64,000 bases of DNA. Origin: Eledone cirrhosa (taxonomy: Eukaryota). A program made the translations under genes and the position numbers. The notes under the pieces were generated by a model. That model was not told where the DNA came from. It made no database searches and saw only the letters and a program-made list of their open reading frames with translations. Below are positions 15,669-29,590 of the stretch, in pieces; position 1 is the stretch's first letter; each line of letters starts with the position of its first letter. The stretch lies in assembly GCA_964016885.1 (NCBI GenBank), contig OZ024740.1, forward strand, positions 156,860,001 through 156,924,000, written 5' to 3'.

Positions 15669-16064
15669 GCATGATTATGTGATTAAGGAATTTGTTTTTA
15701 TTTAGTTTCCGTAAAACATTGAGCAAATGCTTTCTATTAAAGTCTCTAGTTAACCATTGACAGGCAAATAAAATTTGGTAGACAGAAACTGCGCGATAGC
15801 CTATTGTATATATACAAACTTTGTTCGGATTTATCGGTTGGTTAAGTGGAATATGGATTGTATTTAGTTAATATATGATTACAAGGCTTCAGCTTTGTCG
15901 ATTGAGATATGGGTAGTTGAGTGTGTGATTTACTTTGGTGTGTACCTATATATTGGGTCAGGTTAAGATCGGGGATTATTTCTGTTGGTCCAACTGATTA
16001 AGTGTGGGAACAATGCCAATAAGGAAATGGGGTAGAAGTCGCCTCATAGTAATATAATTATCAT

Positions 16065-16690
16065 CATCACTCCATTAACCTATGTAGTCGTCGTGAGGAT
16101 CCGAATGCAGACGCAACATACATTCAAGCTAGTCTATCAACGGCGGCCGTCAGTAAATCTGGTGTAGTCATGTGCGCCCATTCTTTGACATCGTCCAACT
16201 AGTTTTAGCGTTGGCAACCCCTTATATGTCGACCTTCAACAGTGCTTTGCATAATGTTATTCCACAGGCTATCATGTTGTATGACGTAGCCAAACCGCGC
16301 CAGTTTCCTCTTGTTGACAGTGGCGAGGAGAGGTTCCTGGTGACCCACAACACTTTCAACCTTTCTCCGCATGTATTCAATGGTTTTACGTTCCCAACAG
16401 GAAATACGAAGGAGTTTTCTCATGCATTTGTCCTCAAACGCCTGGATATTTTTCTTTGTTTCTGCCAAAAGTGTCCAGGTCTCACACCTATATAGGAGGA
16501 TGGAGACTACCAGCGATTTGTACAATCTGTACTTGGTCTGAAAGCTGATGTTGCTCCTCCATATTCTGGCCAATTTGGCCATCACTGCCATAGCTGCGGC
16601 AATCCATGTGTGGATTTCTGCGTTGCAGGTACCAACTTTTGACAAGGCTGCTCCCAATTTTTTGAAACTGTACACTTCCTCCAATAAATG
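16065..16690 (-). mobile_element. RTE-clade LINE 3' fragment
   Basis: LEEVYSFKKLG...LARIWRSNISFQTKYRLYKSLVVSILLYRCETWTL...RKLARFGYV...STVEG. Confidence 0.85.
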
Positions 16691-17044
16691 TCCGTACGTG
16701 GTGATCTTGACGCAGGTGTAACTTGTGCTATTCACCATATACTTTGGATTTCTCGGAAATATATAAACTATGTAATACATCAGCTGCTGCCTTGGTGATG
16801 TCCATCGAACCATAAGCTAGTAATTGATGCTGGCTGGTTACTGTTTTGTTAGGAGTTCTATTATAGTGTTTTGAAGAGTGTGTTTGAATTTTAATGACTG
16901 CCTTGTGCTGTATATGAATGCTGAATGGCGATGATGGGTTTGTGTGTGCTTGAGTTCGTCGATGAAGTGTGTGTGGATTTGTTTGCATCTAAATTGAAGC
17001 AATTAACGAGCAGAGTTTCACACATACACACACACATATATATA

Positions 17045-17205
17045 TGTAAAAGGTAAACAGAAATAACAACACAATCGGTACAGTATATGGAAGAGATATA
17101 TTAGGTTAACGCTTGATATAGCAGGAAGAGGGTCTTAACGTTTCGAACGCTTGTCCTTCATCAGATGAAAGAATGAGAAATAAGATAGATTGAGGGGACG
17201 GCAGG
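17045..17205 (-). mobile_element. Family E PLE-like 3' end with HHR
   Basis: Reverse complement of 15340-15505; HHR at 17133-17167. Confidence 0.75.
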
Positions 17206-17766
17206 GGAAGTAAGGTTATACAAGGTTATACAAAACAGTGGTTATTGAGAAAAGGTGAAATTGGAAATAGCACGGAAAATAAATTTAAAGGTCTGTTTTT
17301 CTTTTTGTTTTCCTTTCTTTCGTCAAAGTGACATTATTGAAAAAATGAGAGGGACAATTCTTTTTAAAAAGAGTTTTGTAACTTATATAAAGTATATACA
17401 GTATAACCGGTTTCGATGTATTAGTAAAATTCATTTTATCAAATGTTGAGTATTACAATTAAAAAGAATTAATAAGAATTAAAAACTAAAAGTTAAAGAT
17501 TTAAAATTAACTGTTAAGGCAAGTTTTTTCATCTTCTTCTGGAGAAGGAGACTGGAAAAATGAAGTTTTGTGTATATAGAGAGAGGTGTAGTCATGATAG
17601 TAGCAGTAGCGGTGGTGGTAGTTGAGTTTTTTCACACAGAACACAATTGTTTATAGGGGGTGGGAGATATTCTGTAAATACGTGTGTGTATCTCAATTGT
17701 GACAATGGACTGGTCAAGAGTTCAGATGGGGGTGGTGAAGAGGGGAAATGTAAGCTAGTGACAAAT

Positions 17767-17842
<76 letters not shown>

Positions 17843-17875
17843 GTCTCTAGCTTACAATTCCCCTCTTCGCCACCC

Positions 17876-17939
<64 letters not shown>

Positions 17940-17944
<5 letters not shown>

Positions 17945-18150
17945 TAAATTAGCGAGAATCGTATTTCAGCACAGGAATTAACGAAAATCAACATCCGATA
18001 TGTGTGGCAAGCGCTCGATAATTCATGTGAATCAGAGCTACAACATACGTTAAGGGCCAAACACACTGAGATGATGGTTAAACATATCATCCGCACAGCC
18101 AAAACAAACGACCAAGTAATTCGGGTCAAACAATAAAAATATATGTGTTG
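17940..18150 (-). repeat. Dispersed repeat, an inverted copy of 19200-19410
   Basis: Contains the reverse complement of tttgacccgaattactt...gaaatacgattctcg; flanked by (TA)n. Confidence 0.7.
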
Positions 18151-18261
18151 ATATATATATATTTCCAGAAATAGCCGTCGAAACGGCTTGAGCTCTGCCG
18201 TCGGAGTTAAACTTTTTCCTATATACATATATATATATACATATATATATATAATATATAT

Positions 18262-18394
18262 AATTGTTTCTACTTTGGCAACAAGGCAAGCAATTACCCA
18301 GTACATTACTGGTACTTTATTTTATCGAGCCCGTAAGGATGAAAGGCAAAGTTAACCTCGGCGGGATTTGAACTCAGAGGTTAACTTTGCCTTT
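18262..18394 (-). mobile_element. Partial Meta-like SINE ending in a short inverted duplication
   Basis: SINE core followed by gaggttaactttgccttt in inverted orientation. Confidence 0.75.
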
Positions 18395-18438
18395 GATCCT
18401 ATATTATATATAAATATAATGAAGTATAAGTCAACGGG

Positions 18439-18844
18439 TTAGAATGTATGTAATTTATTCGTTACACAATCGCTGTTATTCATATTTTCATGAAAAAAGT
18501 TATGTAACAGTTATGACATCATCACACAACTATTAAGTAAACAGAAAGTACCATCAATAAAAATAAGATGACATGAAGAAAAATAGAAATTACTCATGCT
18601 GTTTCCATTTATTAATATGTCATGAGCTGATTAATGATGCTGGGCTCTGAAAGCCTTGGTGAAATATCATTGAATGGAAACAGCAGGAGTTATTTATATT
18701 TTTCTTCATGCCATCTTGTTTTTATTCATATTATTTTCTGTTTGATTAATATCTGTCTGATGTGGTCATAAGAGTTGCATAACTGGTGTCATCGAAATAT
18801 GTATAACAGCAATCGTGTAACGAATAAATAAGGCACATTCTAAC
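18439..18844. mobile_element. Old imperfect ~400 bp fold-back with a degenerate HHR
   Basis: Termini gttagaatgt...acattctaac. The right arm reads ctgt-ctgatgt...catc-GAAA-tatgta-TA-acag. Confidence 0.65.
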
Positions 18845-18845
18845 A

Positions 18846-19012
18846 GGGTCGGACGCCATGCTTTGACACATAGAGTTACGGCCCTATCCATTCTGAGTTC
18901 AAATCCCGGTAAGGTCAACTTTGCCTTTCATCCTTACGGGGTCGATAAAATAAAGTACCAGTAATGCACTGGGATAATTGCTGGCCTTGTGCCAAAAGTG
19001 GAAGCTATTATT
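18846..19012 (+). mobile_element. Meta-like SINE copy
   Basis: B box gagttcaaatccc, core and 3' end. Confidence 0.8.
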
Positions 19013-19603
19013 ATACTTATACTCCGGAGTATGCAGACCTGCATTCATACCTCGTTGAGTGCTCAATCGTGCGTAAACTAGTGTCAGTTGTTTAACTAAC
19101 GCATACACACACATACACACACACACAAACACACACACACACACATATATATATATACAAACATACATACATACACACACATATATATATATATATATAT
19201 CACATATATTTTTATTTGTTTGACCCGAATTACTTGATCGTTTTTTGGGGCTATGCGGATGATTGTTTAACCATCGTCTCAGTGTGTTTGGCCTTTAACG
19301 TATGTTGTAGATCTGGTTCTTCTGAACCATTGAGCACTTGCCACATATCTCGGAGGTTGTTTTTCGTTATTTCATAAGCCGAAATACGATTCTCGATAAT
19401 TTATATTTATATATATATATAGTATATAAACATAATAGCTGTAACTGACTGATCAGATACAGCTATATATATGCGAAACGTAAACGGAAACAACAAAGCA
19501 AATGGCACACTACAATGGGGAAATATATTAGTTTAAAGCTTGATATAGTAGTAAAAGTGAATTTACGTTTCGGAGACTTGTACTTCATTATATATATATA
19601 TAA

Positions 19604-20525
19604 TAAATGTAATCTGAGTTTTTCGAATATTAATAATAAGATTCGATTCGTTTGCAATTATGTAAATAAGCCTCAATTGTCAGTAGAATGAACCCTTCAT
19701 TCTTGCTCTTGTGTTGGCATGCGAACAGAACTGCGGACACTAATGTTTCTGGGTATCTCCCTTCATCAGTACAGCTCATTGTTCACGTGCCAAATTGTCA
19801 GAGCTAGTGAAAATATATACTATTTTCAAAAATACACAGTGACTGATCAGCCTGATTTGCATATTAGCAGACAGGCTGATCAGTCAGATCTGCATATTAG
19901 CAGATCCACTGATCAACCAGATTTGCATATCAGCAGACTGGCCAGTCAGTTTCCTGTATACGAGCGATAATTGGCCGGCTTTGCCAAATTCAAATGAAAA
20001 AGAAAATTTCGCTCTACATGGCTGAATACAATAAATGTAATCTGAGTTTTTCGAATATTAATAGTAACATTCAAATCGTTTGCAATTATGCAAACAAGCC
20101 TCAATTTTATAGCCATGTCAGTAGAATGAACACTTCATTCTTGGTCTTGCGTTGGCATGCAAATCTAGCTGATCAGTGGATCTGCTAATATGCAGATCTG
20201 ACTGATCAGCCTGTCTGCTAATATGCAGATCTGACTGATCAGCCAATCTGCTAATATGCAAATTAGGCCGATCAGTCCGCTAATATGCAAATTAGGCCGA
20301 TCAGTCACTGTGTATTTTTGAAAATAGCATATATTTTCCGTAGCTCTGACAGTTTGGCACGTGAACAGTGAGCTGTACTGAAACATTAGTGTCTGCAGTT
20401 CTGTTCGCATGCCAACACAAGAGCAAGAATGAATGCTTGATTCTCCTGACATGGCTATAAAATTGAGGCTTCTTTGTATAACAGATTACATTTATGGTAT
20501 TCAACCATGTAGAGCAACATTTCCT
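19604..20525. mobile_element. Family H PLE-like remnants with 33-bp tandem repeats and an HHR (19737-19772, -)
   Basis: Three partial arms matching 39490-40012. Reverse complement reads CTGATGA-agggagataccca-GAAA-cat-TA. Confidence 0.75.
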
Positions 20526-20611
<86 letters not shown>

Positions 20612-20670
20612 GAAGATCCGCATAAGGTCAAACAATTGTTCTCGGTATGGTGAACTAACTGTTCAGTTAC

Positions 20671-20741
<71 letters not shown>

Positions 20742-20743
<2 letters not shown>

Positions 20744-22127
20744 CAAAGGAATTGTGGTAAGGAACCAGATGGACCATAACGCACCAGAGTACTCAATACT
20801 TGGGGTAGTAGAGTGGGAAATAGTAAAAGGGATGACCCCGACGACAGAGCTCAAGCCGTTTCGACGGCTATTTCTGGACTAAATTAGAATGTTTAGCCTG
20901 GTGAATAAATAGCCGAACTTGTCAAGGTGGTACTTCGTGATCTACCGGTGCAACGTGAGGACGGACACCTCCAACAAAGCTTATATAGGATTAACCGCGT
21001 GTGACTTCAAGACCCGGCTCTACCAACACCGACATACTTTCCGAAACCCGGTCGGGCGACATGCCACTACACTTTCGGGCCACATCTGGGACCTCCAAGA
21101 TAATAATATCACCTACAATCTCACTTGGAGCTTACTGTCCAGAGCGAACTCTTACACGGGAGGACGCCGTCCGTGTAACTTATGCTAGGAGGAAACATTA
21201 CAAATGCTGTTTTCGAAGGACCAACTCCTAAACAAGAAAGACGAACTGGTAACCACATGCAAACACAGATTGCGTAGGACTTACCTCGCCTTCAAACCCC
21301 ATAACGACCCGGGTGGGTAGACAAGGGCTGATAACCCCCCCCCCCCCCACACACACACACACTTGCCGAATAAGTTAGGGGAAACCCCAGCTTACATACG
21401 TAGATGCATCTTTTCTTTTCCTATTTCTCTTCTTCTACCCCCTGTCTCATCCTATCACTTCCTTCCAACCCCTATATTCCTCCTCGTCTGCTTTTCCCAT
21501 TTCGCCTTCCCTGATGCAGCCCATTGGACCGCTGTAGCATCAGTTCCCCCACTCCTGTAATTTTAAGATAGAATTGGCCGAATACGTTTTACTAACTACT
21601 TATAGCAGATGTGTTAAAACCCTTTAATTTTGTATCAGTTTTGTTACTACTAATTCTACAAGTTTTTTCTATTCTCAGCTGATTAACCTGTAATTGTAGT
21701 ATAGCATTGTGATTTTTTTATTCATTTCTCACTATCTAATTTTATATTTTTTTATTTATTTCTTTCTATTATCTTTTATTGTCTCCTACTTTCATTAGAT
21801 TTAACTTTTCTATAACCTCCCTCCTCCACTTCATACACCATCCTTAGAATCTGCTGTATACATATCACTTTCAACGCCTGACCGCTCCAGTCACTCCCCT
21901 ATTGTTCTACAGGCAAGTTCAGCCACCCCTACCTCCCACCAAATGCCATGATAGACTTATTTGTGTTTACAACAAATTTTAACCAATCCTCTTGACAACT
22001 ACAATCTTCCCATATAAGGAAGTACCCTCTTGACAAGTTCGGCTATTTATTCACCAGGCTAAAAATTCTAATTTAGTCCAGAAATAGCCGTCGAAACGGC
22101 TTGAGCTCTGCCGTCCGTGTCATACTT

Positions 22128-22131
<4 letters not shown>
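20742..22131 (+). mobile_element. Neptune-like PLE 3' fragment (family C) with an inverted 3'-end-plus-tail copy at 20742-20935
   Basis: VIYRCNV..AYIGLTACDFKTRLYQH..TLSGHIW..CNLC*EE..LLNKKDELVTTCKH at 20937-21320. 22020-22131 is mirrored by 20825-20935. Confidence 0.85.
22024..22120 (+). ncRNA. Type I hammerhead with U3-A8 core and long stem II
   Basis: accctc-TTGACAA-gttcggctattt...aaatagccgtc-GAA-acggc-ttgagctct-gccgt-C. Stem III is complete and the triplet is GUC. The mirror copy at 20835-20925 retains the ggggt stem I arm. Confidence 0.65.
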
Positions 22132-22224
<93 letters not shown>

Positions 22225-22225
22225 T

Positions 22226-22257
<32 letters not shown>

Positions 22258-22502
22258 TGGATGGTATAAATGTTTACGCAATCGTTTAATCAATTGATAT
22301 CACTTCATTACATGCTCTACAATGCATATAATTAGGCAGCAACTACACAAATACGCCTAAATGTATATATACACGTACACATGTATTACTGTATATGTAC
22401 ATATTTTATACGTATAAGTGTATATGTGTAGTATACACCCGTATATACGTGCCTGTATTTATATGTTATATGCTATTTTATGCACATACATTTGTGCATG
22501 TA

Positions 22503-22673
<171 letters not shown>

Positions 22674-22861
22674 ATGTGTGTGTGTACGTATACCTTCTTA
22701 CACCCACACTAATATACGCAGATATCTACATCTATACATTCACCCAAGGAAAAAACAGACCATTTTATATTAAGTGGAAATATAAAACCCAAGCCCACGC
22801 GATGTAGACACAGACACACTCTCACACACAGACTACGAATATATATATATACACACACACG

Positions 22862-22936
<75 letters not shown>

Positions 22937-23591
22937 GCGTGTGTATGTACCCTACGTGTGTGTATTTAGGAGCGTCTTTGCATATATATATGTGCAAAGA
23001 CGCTCCTAAATACACATATGGGGATATAAGCATATACCTATACATAGATAAATACATACACACACACACACACATAGATACATGCATACACACATACATA
23101 CATACATACATACACACATACATACATACACACATACATACATGCATACATACATACATACATACATACATACATACATACATACATACATACATACATA
23201 CATACATACATACGTTCATACATACATACAAACATATACATACGTTCATACATACGTACGTGCATACGATAGAAACATACGCTCGCCGCAGCTATGTTAT
23301 TAATAGGAAGCAGTACGAGATTGGCACTAACAGGATAGCATTAGATAAAAAGCCGATTGCCAAGATAACCTCGAAAGCAAATAACTAGTGTGTGTGTGTT
23401 TTTGTATTCTTTAATTTTCTTTTTAAACAAAGTTGTTGAGATGACCTTACGGTTAAAACGTAAATGTTAAGAGTTACACTAACAAATAAAACTCTGTATG
23501 CTTTTAACCACAGAAGACTAAAGACTATTTATTATATATTAATGAGACTTGCGGAGACAATGAAGGTAAAGAAGAGGAAAAGTAGCACGTT

Positions 23592-23649
<58 letters not shown>

Positions 23650-23734
23650 AAGAGAGAGAGAAAGAAAGTGAGAGAAATAGAGTGAGAGAGAGTGAGAGAG
23701 AGATGCATATAGGTATGTATATATATATATATGC

Positions 23735-26070
23735 TTCCCGAGGGACCATAGATACCACAAGATCTTGAACAGACATACTGTGAAGCTCTCGTATTCTACC
23801 ACGAGAAATAGGGCCCAACACATAGCTAGCATCAACAGGACTAGTCTTAAAAACCACACACAACCAGAAGCTGGCAATATAAACACCCAGCAGGACCATG
23901 TGGAAGGAAAGAAGGGTGGACCCAGTGCCCACCCAGGAACCCAAACAGACCCAGGGACGCTCTACTTGGCCCGGGGGAAGACCACCATATAACACGTAAC
24001 GGGAACCCCACACCAGCCACGCAGAGGTCGACCACCTTCTGCAACTGCAGAAACCCCGAATTATGCCCTCTTAGTAATGAATGCGTTAGGAAGAACATAA
24101 TATACGGATGTAGAGTAAAAACCGCCCAACTCTGAACACCTTTACATAGGAACTTTAAAAACCGATGGTATAACCATCGCCATTCCTTCAATAGGGAGGA
24201 CAAAAGGAAAAGTACGGCTCTTTCCGAACTGATCTGGAAGCTTAGGTTGGACAGGACCCTGTACTCTCTGGCCTGGTCCATAATCAGGAAAGTACCACCT
24301 GATAAAGGGGGATCTGGCATCTGCAAACTATGTCTGAGCGAGACCCTCGAGATACTAAGAGGTGGAAGCAGCCTGATAAACCTCAGGACCGACTTCTTCG
24401 GGACATGTAGACACCTCAGGGCTGGGACCTTCCTCAAGCTATATGGACAGTAACAACACACTGGGATGTGAACACCCCTCAAGCTATAGGGACTTCTCCA
24501 GAACATGTAGACACCTCAGCGCCGGGACCTCCCTCAAGCTATATGGACAGCAACAACACCATAGGCTGGGAACTTCTCTCAAGCTATAGGGACCCATGTG
24601 GGACGTACAGACACCTCAGGGCCGGGACCTTCCTCAGGCTATATGGATAATAACAAAACATTGGGATGGGAACTTCCCTCTAGCTTTAAGGACAGCAGCC
24701 ACATCATATCACTCCCTCGATCAACCCCTGTGACAACACATACTTATGCTTATGTCCATACATAGATACTGTTATTTAAGATTGTACATGCACAGATACT
24801 TACTATGTGTGTGTGCGGGTGGGTATGTGGGTGTGTGTGTGTGTACGTGTGTGTATGCGGGTGTGGGTGTGTGGGATTATAATGTGTGTGTGTGTGGGGT
24901 GGTGGCTTAGGGGTTGCACCTGGGCCTGTGCCTGTGCGTGTGTGCTTGGAACGATGTGAGTTGACATACACGCATGGCAGCTCCATGACAAAATGGGAAC
25001 TGTAGTCCTCTGCATTTCCGGATTTTAACACCCGGGTTATGGTGTATTACACTCCACCCTTGACACCATGATAGTCTAAAGATTGATTCTGACACAGCCT
25101 TTCTACTTCGGTCAACATCTTCTAAATCTTTCTAACTTTGAGATTAGTTATAACACACACACGTTTTATTTGATTATCTTATTTTATTCTTTCATTATCT
25201 TATTCCTTATCTTATTTTATCGTTTTCTTAATTTATCTTATCTTATTTTATCATTTTTTTATTTATTTATTTGCTTATCTTATTTTATTTTATTTTATTT
25301 TATTTTATTTTACTCTATTTTACTTTTTTATTTCTTTATTTTATTCTGATTTTTTAGTCTTACCTTTTCATTTCATTTTATTGTTCTCTTCATTATTTCA
25401 TTTTTTATTTTCTTCATTTTATTGCCTTATATTTCCCCATTTTACTGTATCTTATTTCTTAATATACTTGCCCACCCACCACCACCACCACCACGAGAAA
25501 TGGTGGCAGGATAGATGCCAACACACACACACAGATCCTTCTAAAATTAGCAGCAGCCGGACTTAGGCTGACACCAACACCACTACCAACATAAGGGAAG
25601 AGGTCAGATATACTTAACAATAACAAAAACAACCACTACAGATTGCCTCCCCTCAGAAAGAATTCCTATCGACTTTTGACTGAGGAATGTTCTCACAACT
25701 GACCAATGGGAGGAGAGGATGTCCTTTGACGCTGAAATTCGTTTGTTTGAATTCATATGATTCCAGTTCCTCAGAGAAATAACAACCCAACCAGGAACTG
25801 GGTATATCAAAGTATTGACGAAGTTAAACACCTCAACAACATGTGTACCCGTCTCTACAACACTAATTCGGACTGCCTGAAGAGGTCACAGCCAAAGATG
25901 GCTGTCATCGAAATATATATAGCAGTAATAAACGAAGCCAAATTTTAAATATTTGACTTATTTATTTTATTTTACATTATTCCGGAGTAACCAAACCAAC
26001 CTGCGCACTTCGTCGAGTGCTCCATTCTGCAAACTGAGGTGTCGGTAAACAACCAACATATACTCAAAAT
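23735..26070 (+). mobile_element. Neptune-like PLE 3' portion (family B): linker, GIY-YIG and long 3'UTR
   Basis: TVKLSYSTTRN, FCNCRNPELCPLSNECVRKNIIYGC, FKNRWYNH..STALSELIW, CKLCLSE..LINLRTDFFGTCRH; frameshifted. HHR and tail at the 3' end; (TA)n on both sides. Confidence 0.85.
25872..25926 (+). ncRNA. Minimal hammerhead ribozyme (family B)
   Basis: actgc-CTGAAGA-ggtcacagccaaagatggctgtcatc-GAAA-tatata-TA-gcagt. Confidence 0.8.
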
Positions 26071-26466
26071 TTATATATATATATATATATAAAATTACAG
26101 TATCGTAAATGAGGATAAAAAGAGTAGGTATAAAGATATGCGATACAGAGTGGTATTTGCCAAAAGCGGGTGCATAGGTGCTCAATGCTTGTGTACTCAG
26201 GGTTAAATATTAGGGGAGTTAATATTTAGTGTACGAAGATAAGCAGAGTGGTTATAAGCGAAAATATTAATGAAAGATAGGCAAACCGTTAAATCACATT
26301 TATAGAAAGCTTTTACATGAGGCAATCATAAAAGCAAAGTATTTGATAAAGTACCCTATATGGCTAGAGACATCTTTTAGCTACTTTTTTCTTATTGTAT
26401 ACACTCTCCTCTGCATCGAGTGCTGACTTTGGTTCTCTCACTAGTTTTCTTCGGATTTACTGAACT

Positions 26467-26554
<88 letters not shown>

Positions 26555-26775
26555 CTGTGTGTGTATATGTATAAGTATATATATATGTAAATATGTACAT
26601 TTATACATTTATATATTTGTATATATATACATATATATATATATATATGTGTGTGTGTAGGACAACTACATTTCAAAATAGAAATTCACTCCTTAAGTTA
26701 ACGTATAGTTCCACGTTTGGCTCCGGGCTTATTTTCATTATAAATAATGATATAATACTGATATAAGTCACCAGC

Positions 26776-26849
26776 AGCTCTTTAGCGTAGTGGCTAACAC
26801 GCTCGCCTAGCATGCGAGAGATGCTGGCTTCAATCCCACTTTAGAACCA
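26776..26849 (+). pseudogene. Degenerate tRNA-Ala(AGC)-like sequence
   Basis: A box tagcgtagtggc; anticodon arm ctcgc-ctAGCat-gcgag; T-loop-like ttcaatcc; poor acceptor stem. Confidence 0.55.
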
Positions 26850-27679
26850 CTTTCCCGTCCTCTGAGATATTTTACCCGATTTTCTCAACTATTATTTATA
26901 GTCATTGACTATTTCTGAGGTAATTTCTGCATTTGGAAGACTACATTTCAAATATACACATGCATGCATATATATATATATCTTGTATTTCTAACTTTGT
27001 CTTCTGAGGAAGGACTAGTGTCCCAAAAGTCATAACTCTCTGCTATTTCAAGCGTTAAATTAATATATTTCTTCCAAGTACTGTGCCGTTTGTTTTGTTA
27101 TTTGTGTTAATACGTCTACATACATCCACACACACACACAAACACACATATATATAAATAATTGTGTGTGTGTGTGTGTGTGTGTGTGAAAAGTGGATGA
27201 AATACAATATTTGTGTTAGAAGGCGATCCTGCGATAGCTTAGTTTCCGGTTCTGTTTATCAATGGGTTGATTGTAGTTGAGTAAGAGAAAGAGATATTTT
27301 AAAATGTTAGAAAAGATGTCAGAAAGTAAGTAATAGAAACATGGGTTGATCAGAGAATTCTGAGAATAAGGAGGTTTCTGTGTTGACAGTTAACTTGGTG
27401 CCGAAATGCTTATAATCATCTCTGGTAAATATAACTACTGCTTTGGGGGTTATATAAAAGTGTTGAAAACTTTAAAATAATAGAATGAAATAAAATGTAC
27501 ATATACAAACTCACTAGTTCGCGTTACTCTATTTACTACTTCAATGTTACTGCTGCTGTTGCTGCTGCTGCTGCTCCTACTACTACTACTACTACTACAA
27601 CTACTACTACTACTACTTCAACAAAAACAACTACATCAACAACTATTACTGCTACTACTACTACTATTTATAATAATAA

Positions 27680-28098
27680 TGGTTTCTTATATAGGCAGAA
27701 GGCCAGCAATTTTGGGAGAGGGGGAAAGTCGATTGAATAGACCCCAGTACGTGACTGGTACTTGTTTTATCGACCCCTGTAAGGATGAAAGGCAAAGTTA
27801 ACCTCGGCGGGATTTGAACTCAGATCATAAAGGGCCGTAACTCTATGCTGCAAAGCATGGCTTCCGACTTTCTACCGATACTGCCTATCCACCGCCGCCA
27901 TTTATAATAATTGTTTCTACATTTGGCACAAGGCCAGCAATTACCCAGTACATTACTGGTACTTTATTTTATCGACCCCGTAAGGATGAAAGGCAAAGTT
28001 AACCTCGGCCGGATTTGAAATCAGAATGGCAAGGACCGTAACTCTATGCGTCAACGCATAGCGTCTGACCCTCTACCGATACTACCAATCCACCACCC
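27680..28098 (-). mobile_element. Two tandem Meta-like SINEs
   Basis: Full consensus twice (27680-27900 and 27905-28098). Confidence 0.85.
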
Positions 28099-28129
28099 TT
28101 TATAATAATAATAATAATTTCTCTATTGG

Positions 28130-28543
28130 CTATAGCCAGAGACAGTGGTGGTTTACAATGAAATCGAATCGAGCAAAAAAATAAACATAACAAAATAGAC
28201 ATCGCCAATAGTGGGAAGGACAACGCAACTCAGGAACGCCATTAATCCTGAACCAACCGATGCTCTAAGAGCACCCGAGGAGGACGCCCCTCTAATCCCC
28301 AAATCATTTATTATAATGCTCGGTGTGTTTGTAAACAAACATCCCGTATTAAGCCGTAGTGTCCAGCAACCATCGTTGCTCGTTTGTTCAACACTGACAA
28401 AGGAACGCTGTACTAGCTAATAAGCTTGAAACTAGTAGAGCGTTCGTTTGTCAGTGTTGAACAAACGAGCAACGATGGTTGCTGGACACTACGGCTTAAT
28501 ACGGGATGTTTGTTTACAAACACACCGAGCATTATAATAAATG
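28130..28543. mobile_element. Fold-back PLE-like remnant with a near-perfect ~240 bp hairpin
   Basis: 28305-28415 mirrors 28431-28543. The centre holds an HHR 3' half, agctaataagctt-GAAA-ctag-TA. Confidence 0.8.
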
Positions 28544-29409
28544 TTCGGTGAATCCATACGTACATATATATATGTGTGCATGTATGTATATATATATATA
28601 CATACTACTGTACGTCTGTATACATATATGTATGTACGTGTACATACTTATATTTAAGTAACAGCCGTACTAAAGTGTGGGAAATGAAATTTCGTTTCTT
28701 TTTTTCCGATTATAAATTAAATTAGAAGATAGAAAATTAGAATATTGCAAGAAAGAGAGAAAGAGGGGTTAAGAGAGGGAGAGTGAGAGAGACTCTGACG
28801 TTTAATGCTGGTGAACATGGATGATGATGTAACAGGCAATTTAATAGACAAAGAATTTCTTATGACTTGAGAAACGCTTTCAAAGATAAAGTAATCCTAA
28901 GGGATGCCATGTCAAAATATAAATAAAATAGAACTGTGAGATGTCTAGTTAGATAAACAGATAGTGAGACAGAGAAGTTAAGATTGAGAGACAGGGGAGT
29001 AAAGGTGTAGAAAAGCAGAATGAGAGAGGGATAGCTTAGGGATTGTGTCCGTATATCGTGTGATAATGCCGGTAAATGAAGATCGACTGCTACAGAAATA
29101 TAAGATAACAACAATAAATTTTATTCAAATATGTTTTAAATTAAATGAAAACAGCAAAAGAAAACTTTCTGCATTTTTTGGCAATAAATTTAAAACAAAA
29201 GCCTATTGATTAAGGATTTAATACAGCCTCCAGTATTTCGGTAAACATAAACATTCACGTAAAACGATGAAACGATTCCCTGGGTAGCATTTAAAATTTC
29301 AAGATTAATATCTTCAAGAAAGTTATTTATTATTACAGTATTTCCATTCATTTCCATCGATATCACAATTATTATAATGATTATAAGTTTCATTATTATT
29401 TTTTCAGTA

Positions 29410-29590
29410 GCGGTGAATCGGCACTATTGTTAGAGGGTCAGACGCCATGCTTTGCAGCATAGAGTTACGGCCCTTTATGATCTGAGTTCAAATCCCACCG
29501 AGGCTAACTTTGCCTTTCCTCCTTCCAGGGTCGATAAAATAAAGTACCAGTAGTACGTTGGCCTTGTGCCAAAACTAAAAACAATTATTT
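29410..29590 (+). mobile_element. Meta-like SINE copy
   Basis: A and B boxes plus core. Confidence 0.85.

Noticed and set aside
19840-19945. 33-bp repeats as a possible CRISPR array
   Set aside because: The units are contiguous with no unique spacers, the context is eukaryotic, and there are no cas genes.
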